62,709 nt of DNA from a virus. Taxonomy: Duplodnaviria > Caudoviricetes. Positions 9,899 through 18,177 of this stretch are shown piece after piece (positions within the stretch are counted from its first letter, which is position 1; every line of letters begins with the position of its first letter). A model generated the notes under the pieces. The model searched no databases. It saw nothing but the letters and a program-made list of their open reading frames with translations, and was not told the origin of the DNA. The translations under genes were made by a program, and so were the position numbers. The stretch covers positions 1-62,709 of the IMG/VR virus record IMGVR_UViG_3300010412_000012; one strand, written 5' to 3'.

Positions 9899-10136
9899 TT
9901 AACCGTCGCTTCTCTCGCTGTGCATACCAAATGATCTTGTCCAGATCATATTCCCTAGTGGTGTTGGCTTTGTGACCGTAACGATAGCACGCCTTGAAGA
10001 TATTTCCCATAGCGAAATTCATGTCCCGGTACTCGATCAAGTCCTGCATTTCCTTGGCACCGGGCGGCAGCTGGTAGTAGTCAGATGACCAACCTGTAAC
10101 GTCAGATCGCGTTTTCAATTTTGTATTTTTTGACAT
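9876..10136 (-). CDS. DUF3310-family protein
   Basis: DYY...DLIE..DMNFAMGNIFKACYRYGHK...DLDKIIWY pattern. Confidence 0.7.
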   Translation of the reverse strand: MSKNTKLKTRSDVTGWSSDYYQLPPGAKEMQDLIEYRDMNFAMGNIFKACYRYGHKANTTREYDLDKIIWYAQREKRRLNGRKRKK

Positions 10137-10160
10137 TTTAATAGTGGGCCTTTAATACAC

Positions 10161-12962
10161 CTATAACGTAACTTCAATGATGTTGCTTCGGGGCAGGTGG
10201 TAGGCCGTATCCTTGATTCCGAGGTATGCCTTGCTTTCCTTCGCATCCAGCGTTTCCTGCATTTGCGGCCAGAGCGCCGAAACATTCATATTTTGCGATT
10301 TTTGCAGCCACGCCGCGAAGTCCTTTCCACGGAAACGGTAGGTGTCGCCTGCTCGGACGATCATCATGCGATTCTTCGGTGGAGCCTTCACGGTGGGGTT
10401 TTTGGCGTGCTGGCCGGGCTGCGGGAACGCATCGAGGAGCAAAAGCCCGTCTTGGAACTGCTGTATGTAAGCAATGACGACTTCTCGAGCGCTGGTGTTG
10501 GTCATAGCGAGTCCAGTGCGAACACGCAGTACAGAAACCCTGTCACGAAGGTATTGCGACATCGTCTTTATGTCAAAATTGACGATTCCGGCTTTTTTCG
10601 CCAGTGACGCAGCCGCTAGAAGCGAAGCGATAGTTGCACACCAGAACCTCTCTCCTTCGGTGAATCCCCACTCAGTATAGATACGTTCATAGAACTTCCG
10701 AACATAATCCGCGATAGTAGGTTGCCGGGTGGCGATATATGCTGCAAACAGCTGCCCAGCGTGTCCGTGGTTCGAGTCCAGACGTCCAAACATGGCGTTC
10801 CGGGTAGCCCGAGTCGGGTCATCAAAAGGATCGACTTCGAGTTCAAGTGTTCTCGCCGTTGCCGCGTTACTACGCCCTCCGCGCTGTGCCATGTGATCGA
10901 AGATAGATTCATTACTCGCCCCTACGACGATGGTCTTCCAGTCCAGTACCTCACGCATTTCGGCATGGGCGTTCATTCGTGCCTTGCTCTTGCCCTGCGT
11001 GATCTGAAACGCGATCCGGTGGAAATTATCGAGGGCTTCGTCGCCCCTGATTTCGTCCCAATAGATCGGCAGGTTCTTCAGGAACGCGGTTTTGGCGATA
11101 ATCGAGTTTTCGGTGTCGCTGATCGAGTTCATACCCACCTTGGGATGCCCCCAGACAGCCTGTGCGGTCTGTAGGGCCGAGGACTTACCCAAACCCGACT
11201 CCCGGCTCACAATGGTTATCATGGCCCCAGACATCCCCGTATAGCCGAACAGGGGCGCAGCAAAAGCGCTGGCAAGGACACTGGTGAAGGCCGGATTGTT
11301 CTGGTCGGCCAAGAAGTCAGCCGCCTCCTTCCAGACCTCAAAGTCACCGTCAGGGATGAAGTGCCGCGCAACCTCCTTATGCTCGGCAGCGATACGCAGG
11401 TCGTTGTGGACAGTCCCGTCCTTCATGTAGCTCGTATCACCTGCTGTGAACCCGGTGGTGTGGACTTTGCCCTCACTCCGTTCCTCGATCCAGCCGTAGC
11501 GCGATACGCTCTTACCGACCTTTCGTTGTTTCTGTACCTGTCTCAACCACGTGTTCATAAGGTTTATCCAATGGTTCACTTCCTTCTGTTCGATAGCGCA
11601 GCCTTTCTCTGCCAGTTCCTTCTTCAGACCATACGTATCGCCAAGCAGTTTGTTCGGGAGGTCAATACTGACCGGGGTGCTGTCGGAGTACCGGGACACA
11701 ACTGTTATCATGTAATTACCAGTGACCATGTCGCGTGACGCACCCGACAGTTCCCAACTGCGGTTCAGAACCTTGACCCAGATGTACTCCTTGGTCTCCT
11801 TGTCAAAGTCCTTCTTCTCCATGCCCATGTTACCTTCAATCGGACGCCAGCCATACAGCGGGAACTCTTTTCCTTCAGCTGTTACGACTTCTTCCTCGCC
11901 GAGCATCAGCGGTGTCTTGATCTTCCCCCGGTGTGGGCAGGCACCGCATATTTCGGGCCGATAGGCAGCGAAGGTGTCGCAGAGTGTTGGCCCGGCTTCG
12001 TTCTCCAACCTTTGCTGCCACTTCTCGTTGGTATCCTCGGGTGTGTAATCCCGATGTCCTTTTGATAGGTCGTGGTAGTAGAGTTCACCATCCGCACAGT
12101 GTTTTGCAAGTTGGAGCGAAGCAGTCCACTCTGGCTCAGAGCAATCCTCTCCGTTAACTGTGAGGATATGTGCGAGCACGCCGCATTTCTTAGCGATGTT
12201 GGGGATGAAACTTTGAACAGTTCGTCCCACACCGTGTAGTAGATCGTCTGACTGTCCCAGACCCCGGAGGTAGTCTGGTACAGGTCCGCCAAGGTGTAAA
12301 CCGGACTCTCCCGAGACGCCGCCTCCGAGAAGGGTGACTTCAAGTTCTGCGGGATTAAATAGTTCACCTGTGGTAAGGGCGTCAGGGACAACTGGTTTAG
12401 GGTTTCGTTTATCCTTAACATTTCGTGTACCGATGGGCCGAAGTACTCGAGCCGCGTCAGTCGTGCATTTGACATCGGTAGGTAGGCCGTGACTGACCGC
12501 CAGAGCTTTGAGAGCTTCAGCAAGCGGTTGCCATCGAGAACGCGCAATAGGAACTTCAAAAGGCCAGTAGACATGACACCCATTCCCAGAGTGAACGAGG
12601 ATCGACGGTATGGGCATCCTCGTTGCGTTACAAAACTCACGGATAGCGGCGACTACTTCCGTGGGGTTCGATAGCCCATCTTTATAGTCAATATCGAACC
12701 ACAGCGCTTTGACCTGATGTACGTTGGCCTGTGTACGGAGTTGCTTTTTACCAGTTTTTTCGTTGGTGTACCAACCCTGTTGGTAACTGCTCATCGCGTA
12801 GAACACGTTGTGTCCCGACTGAGCAACTCTGATTGTCGCCTTTTGCAATTCTTCGTGGCTATTACATACCACGTGTTGCATACCCTTGTCTGTCAAGAAC
12901 GCGAGTATGCGTTTTCCCTCGTCCTTCGGGACGATGGCCTCGTAGAATTCTGATAGTTTCAT
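10161..12962 (-). CDS. Primase-helicase (RepB/AEP-like primase, Cys-rich linker, DUF927/SF3-like ATPase)
   Basis: WFDIDYK, HSGNGCHVYW, DAARVLRPIGT primase motifs; C..C..CPH cluster; Walker A SGLGKS and Walker B YWDE. Confidence 0.85.
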   Translation of the reverse strand: MKLSEFYEAIVPKDEGKRILAFLTDKGMQHVVCNSHEELQKATIRVAQSGHNVFYAMSSYQQGWYTNEKTGKKQLRTQANVHQVKALWFDIDYKDGLSNPTEVVAAIREFCNATRMPIPSILVHSGNGCHVYWPFEVPIARSRWQPLAEALKALAVSHGLPTDVKCTTDAARVLRPIGTRNVKDKRNPKPVVPDALTTGELFNPAELEVTLLGGGVSGESGLHLGGPVPDYLRGLGQSDDLLHGVGRTVQSFIPNIAKKCGVLAHILTVNGEDCSEPEWTASLQLAKHCADGELYYHDLSKGHRDYTPEDTNEKWQQRLENEAGPTLCDTFAAYRPEICGACPHRGKIKTPLMLGEEEVVTAEGKEFPLYGWRPIEGNMGMEKKDFDKETKEYIWVKVLNRSWELSGASRDMVTGNYMITVVSRYSDSTPVSIDLPNKLLGDTYGLKKELAEKGCAIEQKEVNHWINLMNTWLRQVQKQRKVGKSVSRYGWIEERSEGKVHTTGFTAGDTSYMKDGTVHNDLRIAAEHKEVARHFIPDGDFEVWKEAADFLADQNNPAFTSVLASAFAAPLFGYTGMSGAMITIVSRESGLGKSSALQTAQAVWGHPKVGMNSISDTENSIIAKTAFLKNLPIYWDEIRGDEALDNFHRIAFQITQGKSKARMNAHAEMREVLDWKTIVVGASNESIFDHMAQRGGRSNAATARTLELEVDPFDDPTRATRNAMFGRLDSNHGHAGQLFAAYIATRQPTIADYVRKFYERIYTEWGFTEGERFWCATIASLLAAASLAKKAGIVNFDIKTMSQYLRDRVSVLRVRTGLAMTNTSAREVVIAYIQQFQDGLLLLDAFPQPGQHAKNPTVKAPPKNRMMIVRAGDTYRFRGKDFAAWLQKSQNMNVSALWPQMQETLDAKESKAYLGIKDTAYHLPRSNIIEVTL

Positions 12963-12973
12963 AGCCGCCGCCT

Positions 12974-13038
12974 AAAAAGGGCCGGGGGGCGTCTGCTTCC
13001 TGCGGTACTCCACAGTGCTCAGCATACCCCTCCGGCCA
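12974..13038 (-). terminator. Long branched hairpin plus U-run (terminator/attenuator) upstream of the primase-helicase
   Basis: GGCCGGAGGGG...CCCCCCGGCC stem with inner CTGTGG-AGTA-CCGCAG stem, followed by CTTTTT. Confidence 0.6.
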
Positions 13039-13044
13039 AGCTAC

Positions 13045-14091
13045 TCAACCACCAAGAATGGAGTCGAGCATTGCGTCAAAGTCCTCACCGCCGCTAGAGG
13101 GGGATGCGGCGGCAGGCTGCGAGGGGGTCTCGTTACTCGCAGGGACTTCAGGTGGCGCAACTGGTGCGGGAGCAGGGGCAATCTCATCGACCGTCTCGGC
13201 CTTGGCTGCTGCCTGCTCTTGGGCGACTGCTGTTTCCTGTACCGGCGTAGCTTTTGCGGGAGCCGGGGCAGCTACTTCTGGCGCAGCGTGCGTGGGTGCT
13301 GCACCTGCCTCGCTTGCTGTCCCGGTTGTTCCCGCATCGGCATACTCCGCCGACTCATTGAGGACTCGTTTGGCTTCATCAGACTCACGCAGTTCTGCTG
13401 ACGCCTTGAACTCATCTTCATTGAGGAAACGAAGACCTTTGAAGGTAAACTTCGGATACGCTGCGTCAGCGTCGAAGCCTATCTTCGTTGCCAGCACGTA
13501 GTACGGAATACCTTTCGGCTTCAGTACACGTTCGGCGTAATCTTTGAGGGGGTTCAGTGACGCAGGCGGTACACGCAGCAACATCACATCGACGTCAGCC
13601 AGAGCACGTGTGCCAGCTGCGACTTCTTCCAGCTGATACAAAAAGGCTACGGCCACACGCCGGACGTCCTGACACGCCTTCGTCGGCTTGCCTTGATCCG
13701 TCTGTTTGGAACCCCAGACGTTCATCGGACAGTTGGCGCACATGTCATTGACTTTGACAGGCACCGTCGAGTCGGGGCGCACACCGTCGCTCGACCAGCA
13801 ATCAGGCTTGCTGTTATCACCTTCCGAGTACGAACCTTTGTAGTACGTCTTCGAGGGCAGGTTGTTCGAGCGAAGCATGACGACTTCGAGGCTCGGCATT
13901 GGGTCGCCATCGGCGTTCAGGTACGGTTGGGTTTCCCCACCGGCCCTCACCTTCCAGACCTTACCTTTGTAACTGATGACCGGAAAACCGGACGACACGC
14001 CACCGGACAGTTCCTCGAAAACTTCCTGACCGACGACCCCTTGCAAGTGTGCAGGCAGTTGTGCTGCCGTAGTTGTAAGATCATTACTCAC
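13045..14091 (-). CDS. Putative ssDNA-binding/annealing protein
   Basis: Lies in the replication module; CWS.DG..P, C..CP.N.WGS and KAC motifs; Ala/Pro linker and acidic C-terminal tail. Confidence 0.6.
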   Translation of the reverse strand: MSNDLTTTAAQLPAHLQGVVGQEVFEELSGGVSSGFPVISYKGKVWKVRAGGETQPYLNADGDPMPSLEVVMLRSNNLPSKTYYKGSYSEGDNSKPDCWSSDGVRPDSTVPVKVNDMCANCPMNVWGSKQTDQGKPTKACQDVRRVAVAFLYQLEEVAAGTRALADVDVMLLRVPPASLNPLKDYAERVLKPKGIPYYVLATKIGFDADAAYPKFTFKGLRFLNEDEFKASAELRESDEAKRVLNESAEYADAGTTGTASEAGAAPTHAAPEVAAPAPAKATPVQETAVAQEQAAAKAETVDEIAPAPAPVAPPEVPASNETPSQPAAASPSSGGEDFDAMLDSILGG

Positions 14092-14476
14092 TGTCTTTTC
14101 CTCTGCGGATACCGATTTGGGTTGATGCCGTGAACTTGACGCCCGGTACCTCTACGCCCTCGTCCAGCAATTCTTTGATGATCTTCTTGTTCGCACGAAT
14201 ATCCATCGCGTCGAGTTTGCGATTCTTGATAGCGAACTTGAAGAACTCGTCTCGATCTTTCACCGTTGCGCTGGTGCGTTCAATCTTGTAGATCGTGCCA
14301 GCGTCGGTGTTGGCAGAGTTACTACCAGAGTCGTTCAAGTGCGTGGCGAACTCCGACTCGAGTTTCGCCATAGCTGCCTTGACGCGATCCATACTGGTAT
14401 TGAACTCTTTTTTGGCTTCGTCCAGATAGTCACGAAGTTTGACGTACTGCATAATTTTTTGGTTTAGGTCTGTCAT
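14084..14476 (-). CDS. Phage hypothetical protein in the replication module
   Basis: N-terminal coiled coil; C-terminal EVPGV; overlaps both neighbours. Confidence 0.7.
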   Translation of the reverse strand: MTDLNQKIMQYVKLRDYLDEAKKEFNTSMDRVKAAMAKLESEFATHLNDSGSNSANTDAGTIYKIERTSATVKDRDEFFKFAIKNRKLDAMDIRANKKIIKELLDEGVEVPGVKFTASTQIGIRRGKDSE

Positions 14477-14886
14477 AGTTTCAACTCCACTTGTCGGCCA
14501 CTCGCGTCAACGATGGTTGACTTGCGGCCCTTTAGCGTTCGTGCTGCCTCTGTCTTCAGCACTTCCTTCGGCTTCTCACCAAGTACCTTTTCAGCGCTGG
14601 CTGTAAGGGTGGCGAGGCCGATTCGAGCGCGTATAAGTAGAGACAGTCGTGAGTCATGGAGTGTGGTCATGTAACGGATGAACTGATCCAGTTCTTCACG
14701 TTCGCATGTCATTACAACCTCGTCGTTCTTCTTGATGCCGCGAGTCATTATCTCGGTGGCTTCAAGCATCTTTGCGAACGCATAGACCCCATCTTTATCT
14801 TTGTCACGGACGGAAGTACGTATGGCTAGAGCAGCCACTACACGCTTCAGCTTCCACCGATAAAACCATTGCTTGATTCGGTTCAT
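14473..14886 (-). CDS. Hypothetical protein
   Basis: ATGA overlap with the downstream gene; in operon. Confidence 0.65.
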   Translation of the reverse strand: MNRIKQWFYRWKLKRVVAALAIRTSVRDKDKDGVYAFAKMLEATEIMTRGIKKNDEVVMTCEREELDQFIRYMTTLHDSRLSLLIRARIGLATLTASAEKVLGEKPKEVLKTEAARTLKGRKSTIVDASGRQVELKL

Positions 14887-14896
14887 TGTAGTCGCC

Positions 14897-16447
14897 TTAG
14901 TTGTCGTTAAACATGTCGAGGAGTGCTCCCTGAAGTCGGGACTTCTGCCTCAAACGGGAATACAGCTTACGCTCGATTGCGGTGCCAGTCAAATGAATAA
15001 TCAGGGCTTTTTGGGTCTGACCGGGGCGCGTGATTCGAGCGTTCGCTTGCTCATAAATTTCGAGTGAGGTTGTCGGGGTGAACCACACAATCGTGTTGGC
15101 AGAGGTCAGTGTCAGACCGTGCGCCATGCACTGCGGATGTGCGATCAACAACTGTTTCTCAGGGCTGTCCTGAAACGTGTTGAAGATGTCGTTGCGGTAC
15201 TTCATCGGAGTACCTCCGTGAACCAACGCACAGTTCGTCTTCTTCACTACACGTGCATACAACTCCTCAGTGGAGTGCTTGAAGTTGGTGAAGCAGATGA
15301 CCTTGCCAGCTGCCTGCTCGTAGATGTCGAGCAACTCTTGAACTCGGTTCTTGTTGTCGAGTCTAACCACGCCTTTATCCTGCGTGTAGACCCAACCACA
15401 ACTGATTTGCAACAGCTTTGAGAAAAGCACGCCTTCGTTCGCAGCGGTGACATTGCCCTCTTGAAAAGCCAGCTTCAATTTCTTAACCATGTTGTCATAG
15501 GTCTGAGCGACCTGCTTCGACGGTTTCACTTCGACGTCCTTGTATGTCGTCTCGGGCAGCTCCACGCAGTCGTCACGCTTGAACCTGACAGCTGGCTGCA
15601 ACATGGCATACACATGGTCGTTAGCGTCGTGCTTCGGCACCCATCGGAATTCACTTATCTGTATCATGGTTTTCCGAATGAACTCTTTTTTGTAGGGCGT
15701 TGCACGTGCGGGGGTTAGCAGCTTCGCCAGCCCCCATGCGTCCGGTGGTTCGTTCGGCATGGGCGACCCGGTCATTCCCCAGACGTAGGGAGTGTTGCGT
15801 ATCACGCTACGCGCAGCACGCCAGAGTTCGGTGCTTGGATTTCTGAATGTCGCTACTTCGTCAATGATGACGACATCGTACTTCTGGTCGATCAACTGCT
15901 GCCGCATGATCTTCAGACCATCGTGATTGATGATGTGGATTTGCTTGTCTTGGTTGGTCTCCAACAGGTGTAGCCGTTTCTTCCTTTGGGGGTGATGCAG
16001 CACCACGGTGCTCAGGTGCATGAAGTAACGGAATATCTCTTTGTCCCACACCTGTGTCAGAGTACTGAGGGGTGCGACAACAAGAACTTTCTTAATTTGG
16101 CCTTCGTTGAACATGTGGTCACAGGCGTACAGAGCCGCACGTGTTTTGCCTGTTCCCATTTCAGATAGGACGTAGGCACGAGGCTGCATGGTGAGCAGCC
16201 CTGCCGTGATCCTCTGCGTTTCAAAAGGTGGGGGGTCGGTGGGCCACTCATACTGCGACAGAACTGGCGCGGGTATTTTGTAGCCCATGTTGCGAGCGAG
16301 GCGTGTAGTCTCAGTCGTATGTGGATACGCCATCACGTGCTGACCACGGAAGTCTACCAGTCTTCCGGGTACGAGCGCAGTCAAACCCTCATCAGGCGGA
16401 ATGAGGAATTCCTTGCTTGCTTTGACGATTACAGGCTGAGTAGCCAC
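14897..16447 (-). CDS. SNF2/SF2-type DNA helicase
   Basis: EMGTGKT, IIDEV, MTGSP, HGLTLT and QANARITRPGQ motifs. Confidence 0.9.
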   Translation of the reverse strand: MATQPVIVKASKEFLIPPDEGLTALVPGRLVDFRGQHVMAYPHTTETTRLARNMGYKIPAPVLSQYEWPTDPPPFETQRITAGLLTMQPRAYVLSEMGTGKTRAALYACDHMFNEGQIKKVLVVAPLSTLTQVWDKEIFRYFMHLSTVVLHHPQRKKRLHLLETNQDKQIHIINHDGLKIMRQQLIDQKYDVVIIDEVATFRNPSTELWRAARSVIRNTPYVWGMTGSPMPNEPPDAWGLAKLLTPARATPYKKEFIRKTMIQISEFRWVPKHDANDHVYAMLQPAVRFKRDDCVELPETTYKDVEVKPSKQVAQTYDNMVKKLKLAFQEGNVTAANEGVLFSKLLQISCGWVYTQDKGVVRLDNKNRVQELLDIYEQAAGKVICFTNFKHSTEELYARVVKKTNCALVHGGTPMKYRNDIFNTFQDSPEKQLLIAHPQCMAHGLTLTSANTIVWFTPTTSLEIYEQANARITRPGQTQKALIIHLTGTAIERKLYSRLRQKSRLQGALLDMFNDN

Positions 16448-16755
16448 TCACGCAACTCCGACTCCCCCGAAAACGAATCATCTTCCGGGTAGTAAACTTC
16501 GCCGATGACGATGGTCTTACCACCGGCCTCTCTAATCTGTTCCAGCGTCAACTCCTGTCGGGGTGTCGGGTGCTTGCCCGGACGCTTGGTTTCAATGCCG
16601 AGGAACCTCCCGCCATGACAGGCATGGAAGTCCACCCCAGACGAGCCATGCCCACGTTGGACAGGCATGTGCCACCACGCACCGTGATTTCGTAACATGC
16701 GTTTCACACGGTCTTTCACAGTCTTCTCGAGGATGTCTTTCGGGTCTCGTCTCAT
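16429..16755 (-). CDS. VRR-NUC endonuclease
   Basis: EK.V...GVDF...GIETKRPGK.PT.RQ motif. Confidence 0.85.
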   Translation of the reverse strand: MRRDPKDILEKTVKDRVKRMLRNHGAWWHMPVQRGHGSSGVDFHACHGGRFLGIETKRPGKHPTPRQELTLEQIREAGGKTIVIGEVYYPEDDSFSGESELREWLLSL

Positions 16756-16758
16756 CGC

Positions 16759-17427
16759 TTAGTCTCTCTCGTACCATTCAGGACAGCTGCTCACAGGGCA
16801 GTATCCGCATAAAGGGGTGGCATTGGATGGAAAATCGGTGGTCTGCTCGGCTTTGTCTATCTCCGCCGCCCGAGGCATAAAGTCCAGCCACACCTGTTTC
16901 AGTCGATCCTTGTGGATGACCTCGCGGGTGAACTCGTTATCCTTGAGCCACGCATAGATCAGGATGAAGTTCTCTATCTCTGGCATGAAGCGTGACAGGA
17001 TCGCAGCGGCCAACTTCAGCTGGTCGAAGCCCGGCTTCTGCTTGCCTGTCTTCCAGTCAATCAGGAATGCCATTGTCGAGTTATCGGAAAGCAGTAACAG
17101 GTCGAGGACAGCGCGAACCCATGCGTCCTTGGCGAAGAAGTCTACTGGCTGCAACTTGTCGTTGAGGCACAGCTTCATTTCGCCATACTTCTCGTCGTGC
17201 GGCAGCGCCAGCGCCCGGTCAGCACTAGCCTGCATGTGACGCAGCTGTACCGGAAGTGGTACACCTTCCATGCAGTACTTGAACAGCGCGTCGTGGACGA
17301 ACTTACCGTCAGCCTGCCACTGGTTGTCAGGCTCCTTTACGTCCTTCTTCACCTTCAGGTGATAGAACTTCTTGCGGCACTTCTCGAACATATCGAGGGC
17401 GCTGTATGACCATGCTCGTTTCTTCAT
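16759..17427 (-). CDS. PD-(D/E)XK exonuclease (Cas4/RecB-like)
   Basis: WSYSAL..FEKC, H..L, LD...IDWKTGK, QL, C-terminal C..CP...C. Confidence 0.85.
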   Translation of the reverse strand: MKKRAWSYSALDMFEKCRKKFYHLKVKKDVKEPDNQWQADGKFVHDALFKYCMEGVPLPVQLRHMQASADRALALPHDEKYGEMKLCLNDKLQPVDFFAKDAWVRAVLDLLLLSDNSTMAFLIDWKTGKQKPGFDQLKLAAAILSRFMPEIENFILIYAWLKDNEFTREVIHKDRLKQVWLDFMPRAAEIDKAEQTTDFPSNATPLCGYCPVSSCPEWYERD

Positions 17428-17657
17428 ATCCTGTGTCTTCCGTCGATGATGACGTCGCCTTCAGCCTCAATCCATACATGTGCTCCACACGATAGTGGTT
17501 TGTCAGGTTGATACACGACTACTGAATCCCCTTCGATATAAACGTGGTTGGCGGTGTGCGTCTTCTTGTAAGTCTTCACGGACATAACCGGGCGACTGCC
17601 ACCGTCCTTTCTGTTGGCTTTGATGTTGTGCTGGTTTACGTGGATTCGTTTCTTCAT
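17424..17657 (-). CDS. Phage hypothetical protein
   Basis: IHVNQH...PDKPLSCGA.VWIE pattern; ATGA overlaps at both ends. Confidence 0.75.
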   Translation of the reverse strand: MKKRIHVNQHNIKANRKDGGSRPVMSVKTYKKTHTANHVYIEGDSVVVYQPDKPLSCGAHVWIEAEGDVIIDGRHRI

Positions 17658-17815
17658 CGTGGTTCACTTGTAAGGTGGTAAAGCCCCCGGCAATGGGGGC
17701 ATTTATAGAACCGTTTTACCCCTATGTCTCGTTGTTCACGCAGAGCCTCCCTCGCTCTGGTCGCGCTCTTGTATCCTACTTTCCTGCATGTCTTCTTTTG
17801 CCTTCTTGAACCCAT
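17654..17815 (-). CDS. Small Zn-binding protein
   Basis: C.KV.Y...YKCPHC..YHLTS; AAGGAG SD before ATG 17815. Confidence 0.65.
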   Translation of the reverse strand: MGSRRQKKTCRKVGYKSATRAREALREQRDIGVKRFYKCPHCRGLYHLTSEPR

Positions 17816-17894
17816 CACATTTCTCCTTGTGTTCGTTAATAGCGATTGCCTCGTAGTACTTCTTGCAATACGGGCAAGTCCAGATTTCCCACAC
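17736..17894 (-). CDS. 52-aa C2HC zinc-finger protein (not in the ORF track)
   Basis: GTG start with GGAG SD just after the upstream stop; WTCPYCKKYYEAIAINEHKEKC. Confidence 0.5.
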   Translation of the reverse strand: MWEIWTCPYCKKYYEAIAINEHKEKCDGFKKAKEDMQESRIQERDQSEGGSA

Positions 17895-17895
17895 T

Positions 17896-18177
17896 TCACT
17901 CTCCACCAAGGGTCATCATCCTGAACCATTCGTAGGCCACAGCTTCATACCACCTGAAGTACATCGTACTGTTCTGCTCATCGCCTTGGCGCTGGAACAG
18001 CATTTCCTCGGTGTCGGGGTCATTGGTGCTGGTCGTCCAGCCCATGTCCTGAAGCCACTTGGGTATGCCTTGCGGCACGTACTGGTAGGTGGCGCTGTAC
18101 TTGTACTCAACGGTGTTCGCCACGGAATGTGTAGTGATCTGGGAGCCGAGACCGCCGGGCCATTGGTTGTATGCCAT
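17896..18177 (-). CDS. Hypothetical protein
   Basis: TAATG coupling to the polymerase stop. Confidence 0.6.
   Translation of the reverse strand: MAYNQWPGGLGSQITTHSVANTVEYKYSATYQYVPQGIPKWLQDMGWTTSTNDPDTEEMLFQRQGDEQNSTMYFRWYEAVAYEWFRMMTLGGE

Noticed and set aside
12990-13025. SRP-RNA-like GGAAGCAG or kink-turn motif
   Set aside because: Lacks the SRP CAGG/GNRA arrangement, and the k-turn tandem GA is incomplete.
16759-17427. Cas4-like nuclease as evidence of CRISPR-Cas
   Set aside because: No array or other cas genes; normal phage replication-module nuclease.
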